From: Rhodocyclales bacterium
GTDB lineage: Bacteria > Pseudomonadota > Gammaproteobacteria > Burkholderiales > Rhodocyclaceae
DNA length: 64,000 nucleotides
Assembly (NCBI GenBank): GCA_016214145.1
Contig: JACRPA010000010.1
Coordinates: 154,550 to 218,549 of the forward strand
Direction: 5' to 3'
Shown: piece after piece, positions 56,588 through 64,000 of the stretch
Position numbering within the stretch: position 1 is the first letter of the stretch
Layout of the letters: every line of letters begins with the position of its first letter
Notes under the pieces: generated by a model
The model's input: the letters and a program-made list of their open reading frames with translations, nothing else
The model's database searches: none
Told to the model about the DNA's origin: nothing
Translations under genes and position numbers: made by a program

Positions 56588-56832
56588 GCCAGTTTCTTTT
56601 TCAGGTAGTCCAGCACGTCGCCCAGCGTCACCAGTTTGGCGTAGTCGGCCTCGGGGATGTCCACCTTCAGCTTCTCGTGCAGGCCGATGAGGAAGTTGAG
56701 CCAGTCCATAGAATCGAGGTCGACCTGGTTGCGCAGCGGCCGGTCGGGGCGCAGGTCGCCCTCCTCGACCTCGGGCGCGATGGTCTTCAGCGTGGCGATC
56801 ACCACGGCGCGCAGTTCTTCTTCTTGCATCAC
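56584..56832 (-). CDS. Acyl carrier protein-like (phosphopantetheine-binding)
   Basis: ~81 aa with DLDSMDWLNFLIGL, a DS(M/L)D serine attachment motif. The start is ATG 56829 or GTG 56832; both overlap the E2 stop TGA. Confidence 0.8.
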   Translation of the reverse strand: MMQEEELRAVVIATLKTIAPEVEEGDLRPDRPLRNQVDLDSMDWLNFLIGLHEKLKVDIPEADYAKLVTLGDVLDYLKKKLA

Positions 56833-58004
56833 AAGTTCTCCGGTTGTTGCAACAGATCGCGCAGTTCGGCGAGGAACAGCGCGCCGCGATGGCCGTCCGA
56901 GACGCGGTGATCGGCGGCCAGGCTCGCCGTCACCACGGGCATGATCGTCAGCGCGCCGTTTTCCACCCAGGGCTGCTCGACGATGCGGCCGAAGCCCACC
57001 AGCGCCACCTGCGGCGGATAGATCACGCCGTACACCGCCGCGACACCCTGCTCGCCGAGATTGGTCACCGTGATCGTCGGATCGGACATTTCCGAGCTGC
57101 GCAGCGATCCCGCCCGCGCCCGCTTCACCAGGTCGGTGAGATCCAGCATGAGCTGCTCCGGCGTTTTATCGCCGACGTCATGGATGGCCGGCGCGATGAG
57201 CCCGCCCTGCCGCAGCGATATCGCCACGCCGATGTGCGCGGCGGCGGCGGGCTGGAATGCGCCGTCGCGGAAGAAGCCGTTCATTTCGGGGAATTTCTTC
57301 AGCGCCAGCGCCACGGCCTTCAGTTGCACGACGGCCATGAGCAGGCGCGACGTGATCGGGCGGCCTTCATTCACTTTCGCCAGCCATTCCGTCGCGCGAC
57401 GTATCGGCACCGGCTCGGAAAGGTAGTAATGCGGGATTTCGCGCTTCGAGCGGCTCATCGCGGCGGCGATGGCGCGGCGCATTTCCGCCGACTTGTCCGG
57501 TGTTGCCGCCGTCTTGGGGAGACGGACTTTTGCGGCGATGGCCAGCTCGACGTCTGCCAGCGTTACCGCGCCCTCGGGGCCGGTGCCGACGACCGTCTCG
57601 ATGTCGACGCCGAGTTCCTCGGCATGCTTGCGCGCAGCGGGCGAGATGCGGCGGCGGCCAGCGATTACTCCTTCTCCCGCTGGCGGGAGAGGGCTGCGGA
57701 GAGGGTGGGCCGGCCCTGGCCCCTCTCCCCCGACCCCTCTCCCCGCACGCGGGGCAAGGGGAGACTCACCGGCCTCGAGCAGCGTCGCCATCACCGTGCC
57801 GACCGGAATCGTATCGCCCGGCGCGACGAGTAATTCGAAGACGGTGCCCTCGCACCAGATTTCGACATCCACCGCCGCCTTCGAGGTGTCGACGACGGCG
57901 ACCACCTGGCCCTTCTTCACCGTGTTGCCGGGACTGACTTTCCATTCGAGGAGCTTGCCCTCGTCCATGTCGGCGCCGAGGGAGGGGAGCTTGAATTCAA
58001 TCAT
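56829..58004 (-). CDS. 2-oxoacid dehydrogenase E2 (lipoyl domain + subunit-binding domain + acyltransferase core)
   Basis: Lipoyl-lysine region VVDTSKAAVDVE, subunit-binding domain ISPAARKHAEELGVD, and catalytic DHRVSDG. Confidence 0.9.
   Translation of the reverse strand: MIEFKLPSLGADMDEGKLLEWKVSPGNTVKKGQVVAVVDTSKAAVDVEIWCEGTVFELLVAPGDTIPVGTVMATLLEAGESPLAPRAGRGVGGEGPGPAHPLRSPLPPAGEGVIAGRRRISPAARKHAEELGVDIETVVGTGPEGAVTLADVELAIAAKVRLPKTAATPDKSAEMRRAIAAAMSRSKREIPHYYLSEPVPIRRATEWLAKVNEGRPITSRLLMAVVQLKAVALALKKFPEMNGFFRDGAFQPAAAAHIGVAISLRQGGLIAPAIHDVGDKTPEQLMLDLTDLVKRARAGSLRSSEMSDPTITVTNLGEQGVAAVYGVIYPPQVALVGFGRIVEQPWVENGALTIMPVVTASLAADHRVSDGHRGALFLAELRDLLQQPENL
57668..57765. repeat. REP-like triple-hairpin element lying in frame inside the E2 linker
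   Basis: Three consecutive hairpins: TCTCCCGC-TGG-CGGGAGA, GAGAGGG-N15-CCCTCTC and CCCCGC-AC-GCGGGG. Translated on the gene strand, the element gives SPLAPRAGRGVGGEGPGPAHPLRSPLPPAGEG. Confidence 0.55.
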
Positions 58005-58022
58005 GCCGGAAACCTCTTTTGA

Positions 58023-58087
58023 ACCACGGCGAGCACGGCGACACGGCGAGAATACAAAAAATGTTTTTCGCCGTGCTCGCCGTGGTG
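58023..58087. repeat. Tandem-nonamer hairpin element (CACGGCGAG units) between E2 and E1beta
   Basis: Left arm CACGGCGAGCACGGCGA (58025-58041) pairs perfectly with TCGCCGTGCTCGCCGTG (58068-58084). A third unit lies in the loop. Confidence 0.75.
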
Positions 58088-58101
58088 AAATGCTTTTCCG
58101 T

Positions 58102-59069
<968 letters not shown>

Positions 59070-59073
<4 letters not shown>

Positions 59074-60038
59074 GGCGTGTGCACGTCCTTGAGCAGGTCG
59101 GCCACCGGTTCCCAGGCCGCAGCCTCGGCGAAGTCGACGGCCGCCTGCACTTCGGCATTCGCCTTGGCGTCGAGGGCGAGGAATTCCTCTTCCGTCAGCT
59201 TGCCCTCCGCCTTCAGCCGCGCCGAAAAGGTGTGCAGCGGGCCGCGCTGCTTCCACTGCTCGACCTCCGCCTTGTCGCGATAGAGCTCGGGATCGAACAT
59301 CGAATGGGCGCGGAAGCGGTAAGTCTGGAGTTCCAGGAAGAAGGGGCCGAGGCCGTCGCGCACGTGCCGCGCGGCGAGCTTCATGGCTTCATGCACGGCC
59401 ACGATGTCCATGCCGTCGGCCTTCAGCGTCGGCACGGCGTAGCTGGCCGCCTTGGCGCACAAGTCCGTCTGCGCCTCCGAGCGCGCCAGCGCCGTGCCCA
59501 TGGCGTACAGGTTGTTCTCGCAGCAGAACAGCACCGGCAGCTGCCACAGCGCGGCGAGATTCATCGACTCGTGAAAGGCGCCCTCGGCCATGGCGCCCTC
59601 GCCGAAGAAACAGGCGGTGACGCGCTGTTTGCCTTGGAGCTTGTCCGCCAGGGCGAAGCCGACTGCCAGCGGCAACCCGCCGCCGACGATGGCGTTGCCG
59701 CCGTAGAAGCGCGTGGCGGCGTCGAACAGGTGCATCGAGCCGCCGCGCCCGCGCGAGCAGCCCGCGCGCTTGCCGAACATCTCGGCCATGATGGCGTTCA
59801 TGCTGACGCCGCGCACCAGGGCATGGCCGTGCTCGCGGTAGGTGGCGACGATGTTGTCGTCCGCAGTCAGCGCATGCAGCGCGCCGACGGCGCAGGCCTC
59901 CTCGCCGATGTAGAGATGCAGGAAACCGCGGATCTTCTGCGCGCCGTAGAGCTCGGCGCACTTCTCCTCCATGCGGCGGATGCGCAGCATATCGGCGAGC
60001 AGCTTCTGAGCGAAGGCTTTATCGTAGGGGACAGGCAT
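59070..60038 (-). CDS. 2-oxoacid dehydrogenase E1 alpha subunit (TPP-dependent)
   Basis: Start at [26 protein letters not shown] (ATG 60038). TPP-binding region [34 protein letters not shown]. Confidence 0.92.
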
Positions 60039-60050
60039 AGAACCTCTATT

Positions 60051-60139
60051 AACGCAAAGGACGCAAAGGCGCAAAGAGCGCAAAGGAAATCAAATTCTTG
60101 CCTTCTTTGCGTTCTTTGCGCCTTTGCGCCCTTTGCGTT
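60051..60139. repeat. Tandem-octamer hairpin element (GCAAAGG units) between E1alpha and acsA
   Basis: There are four GCAAAG-containing units on the left arm and four CTTTGC units on the right arm. The arms are near-perfectly complementary around a 12-nt centre. Confidence 0.8.
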
Positions 60140-60152
60140 GAAAGCGGTATCT

Positions 60153-61973
<1,821 letters not shown>

Positions 61974-62049
61974 CCTGCCTCCTCCACGCCTATGATGCAG
62001 GAATTCTGCGGCGCAGGGTACCGTCCGGACTTTGACCTAGCGCAACAAA

Positions 62050-63462
62050 TCAGACGACACGGAAATTCTTGAATTGCCAGGGATCGTCGCGGTCGAGGTC
62101 TTCCTCGAACAGCCAGCCGCGACCGTCCAGCGGCGTCCAGTCGCTGTATTCGCCGACCACCTGGCCGAGATACGGCCGGATGAAATCCATGATCTCGGCG
62201 TAATCCATTTCCTCCGGCTCGATCACGCCGCGGTCGGGATGCCGCATCGCCCAGATCACGCCGGCCACCACCGGCGCCGTTACCTGCAGGCTGGTGGCGC
62301 TGTTGTGCGGGCAGAGCGCGCGCGCCTGCTCGATGGACAGGCGCGAACCGTACCAGTAGGCGCCCTTGGCATGGCCCATCAGCAGCACGCCCAGCTCGTC
62401 CATGCCGGAGACGATCTCGTCCTTGACCAGGCGGTGCGCGTTCTGCAGCTGCCAGTTGCGGCCGGCCAGCTCGTGCACCGACTGCACCGTGTCGTCGGAG
62501 GGATGATAGGCGTAATGCACCGTCGGCCGGTACTGCGGCCGCTCGCCCGAGCCGATGGTGAAATAGTCGGCCAGGGAGATCGATTCGCCATGGGTGATGA
62601 GAAAGCCATGGATCGCTCCGCCCAACGGCGTCCACGTACGCACCTCGGTGCTGGCGCCGGGGCGGGCCAGATAGATCGCCGCCTTGCAGCCTGCCGCATG
62701 GCGGCGGCCGTCGGCCGGGAAATGCCGCTCGTGGCTGCCCCAGCCGAGCTCCGCCGGCTGGCAGCCTTCGCCGACGAAGCCTTCCACCGACCAGGTGTTC
62801 ACGAATTCGCCCGGCGCCTTGCGCGGCATCGCCACCTGAAAATCGCGCTCGGCGATGTGAATGGCCTTGATATCCAGGTCGCACGCCAGTTGCGCCCAGC
62901 CGGCGCGGTCCTTCGGCACGGCGACCGGGTGGCCGGTGTCGCGCGCGACGTTGAGCAGCGCCTCCTTCACCAGGTGGGAGACCATGCCCGGATTGGCGCC
63001 GTGGGTGAGGATGGCCGTCGGCGTGCCGGGGCGCTTGAGCGCCAGGGCCGACTCGCGCAGATGGTAATTCGAGCGCTGCTCCGGCGACACCGAAACATCG
63101 GTATAGCCGCCGGCCCAGGGTTCGATGCAGGTGTCGATGTAGAGCGCGCCGCGCTCCTGGCACAGCGCGATGAGGGCGACGCTGGAAACGTCGTTGGAGC
63201 AATTCACCAGGAAATCGCCGCGCGCGAGGCGCGGCTCCAGCAGGGCGCGGCAATTGGCGGGGGTGAGCGGGGAGTCATGGAAGGCGACGCCGTATTCGGC
63301 GGCCACCTGGCGACCATTTTCGTCGCCGGTCACGATGACGATCTGCTCCGGCTTCAGATCGATATGACGCAGCAGCAGGGGCAGCGTGCCCTGCCCGATC
63401 GAGCCGAAGCCCACCATCACGATGCGGCCGGAAAAGGCCAGCGCTTTGCGGTTTTCCCCCAA
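62050..63462 (-). CDS. hss: Homospermidine synthase (saccharopine-dehydrogenase-like fold)
   Basis: 470 aa with NAD motif IVMVGFGSIGQG. The overall length and the conserved C-terminal region resemble bacterial homospermidine synthases (from memory). Confidence 0.75.
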   Translation of the reverse strand: MGENRKALAFSGRIVMVGFGSIGQGTLPLLLRHIDLKPEQIVIVTGDENGRQVAAEYGVAFHDSPLTPANCRALLEPRLARGDFLVNCSNDVSSVALIALCQERGALYIDTCIEPWAGGYTDVSVSPEQRSNYHLRESALALKRPGTPTAILTHGANPGMVSHLVKEALLNVARDTGHPVAVPKDRAGWAQLACDLDIKAIHIAERDFQVAMPRKAPGEFVNTWSVEGFVGEGCQPAELGWGSHERHFPADGRRHAAGCKAAIYLARPGASTEVRTWTPLGGAIHGFLITHGESISLADYFTIGSGERPQYRPTVHYAYHPSDDTVQSVHELAGRNWQLQNAHRLVKDEIVSGMDELGVLLMGHAKGAYWYGSRLSIEQARALCPHNSATSLQVTAPVVAGVIWAMRHPDRGVIEPEEMDYAEIMDFIRPYLGQVVGEYSDWTPLDGRGWLFEEDLDRDDPWQFKNFRVV

Positions 63463-63648
63463 TTTCTCTCCCCTAAAAACCTTTCCGCGGCCCTTTGGGC
63501 GACATGGTTATATATGACGTAAGGCCGCGCAGGATAAAGGAAATTCCGAAAAAACACAATGCCGTTGAACAAGCTCGCGGCCGATTGACTCCGTTCGCCG
63601 GTCGTCTCCGCCGCGCGTACAATCGCCCCTTCTCCGGGGAACGGACGG

Positions 63649-64000
63649 ATGCGGAAACGCCTGGAAAAAATCGATTACAGCGCCGAGATGAACAAGCACG
63701 ACTCGCCGGCCGTGCGCCTGCTGTTCGTCGCGCTGGGCACCCTGTTCGTGTTGCTGGGCATTGCCGGCGCCCTCCTTCCCGTGCTGCCGACCACCCCGTT
63801 CATGCTGCTGGCCGCCGCCTGCTATGCCCGCGCCTCGACGCGCTTCTATAACTGGTTGCTCAACAACCCGACTTTCGGCCCGACCATCCTCGAGTGGCGG
63901 CGCCACCGCAGCATTCCCTGGCGCGTCAAGCTGACCGCCATCGGCCTGATGGCGGCGACGCTGGGCATTTCCATCATCTTCTTCGTGCCCTGGCCCGAGC
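63649..64000 (+). CDS. ybaN: YbaN/DUF454-family inner membrane protein (3' end outside window)
   Basis: Not in the ORF track because it runs off the window. My translation from ATG 63649 contains LLPVLPTTPFMLLAAACYARASTRFYNWLL, which is very similar to E. coli YbaN. The start may instead be ATG 63688. Confidence 0.75.
   Translation, partial: MRKRLEKIDYSAEMNKHDSPAVRLLFVALGTLFVLLGIAGALLPVLPTTPFMLLAAACYARASTRFYNWLLNNPTFGPTILEWRRHRSIPWRVKLTAIGLMAATLGISIIFFVPWPE

Noticed and set aside
60051-60139. Tandem short repeats considered as a CRISPR array
   Set aside because: The units are only 8-9 nt with no spacers, the two halves are mutually complementary (a hairpin rather than a direct-repeat array), and no cas genes are present.

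Overview
This is an origin-proximal chromosomal segment of a high-G+C proteobacterium. Gene order looks betaproteobacterial, possibly Rhodocyclales-like, but the taxon is inference only. The core backbone contains: leuCD; the complete atpIBEFHAGDC operon; an arsR-led operon of mostly uncharacterised envelope proteins ending in an LplT-acyltransferase fusion; parB-parA-rsmG-mnmG; a liv-type ABC transporter; mnmE-yidC-yidD-rnpA-rpmH facing dnaA-dnaN-gyrB; topB-smg-dprA-LysM facing def-fmt; htpX; an acsA / 2-oxoacid-dehydrogenase E1alpha-E1beta-E2 / ACP operon; homospermidine synthase; and a partial ybaN. There are perfect DnaA boxes on both sides of dnaA and two parS sites. The accessory part lies between leuD and the atp terminator (about 3.4-13.6 kb). 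It is a visibly more A+T-rich mosaic holding an exported orphan protein, a HEPN/MNT toxin-antitoxin pair, two gene remnants, and a translationally coupled type I R-M operon (hsdR-hsdM-hsdS). The fourth cistron of that operon is a 614-aa SIR2-like protein with unassigned N- and C-terminal regions, and it is my top candidate for an undescribed defence module. I recognised no rRNA, tRNA, CRISPR array, integrase or transposase. Several families of short structured repeats are present: a dispersed 25-nt motif that punctuates the mosaic, REP-like palindromes, and tandem-octamer hairpins. Two of these repeats appear to be inserted in frame inside coding sequences. All homology calls come from motif recognition by eye; no database search or statistic was run.
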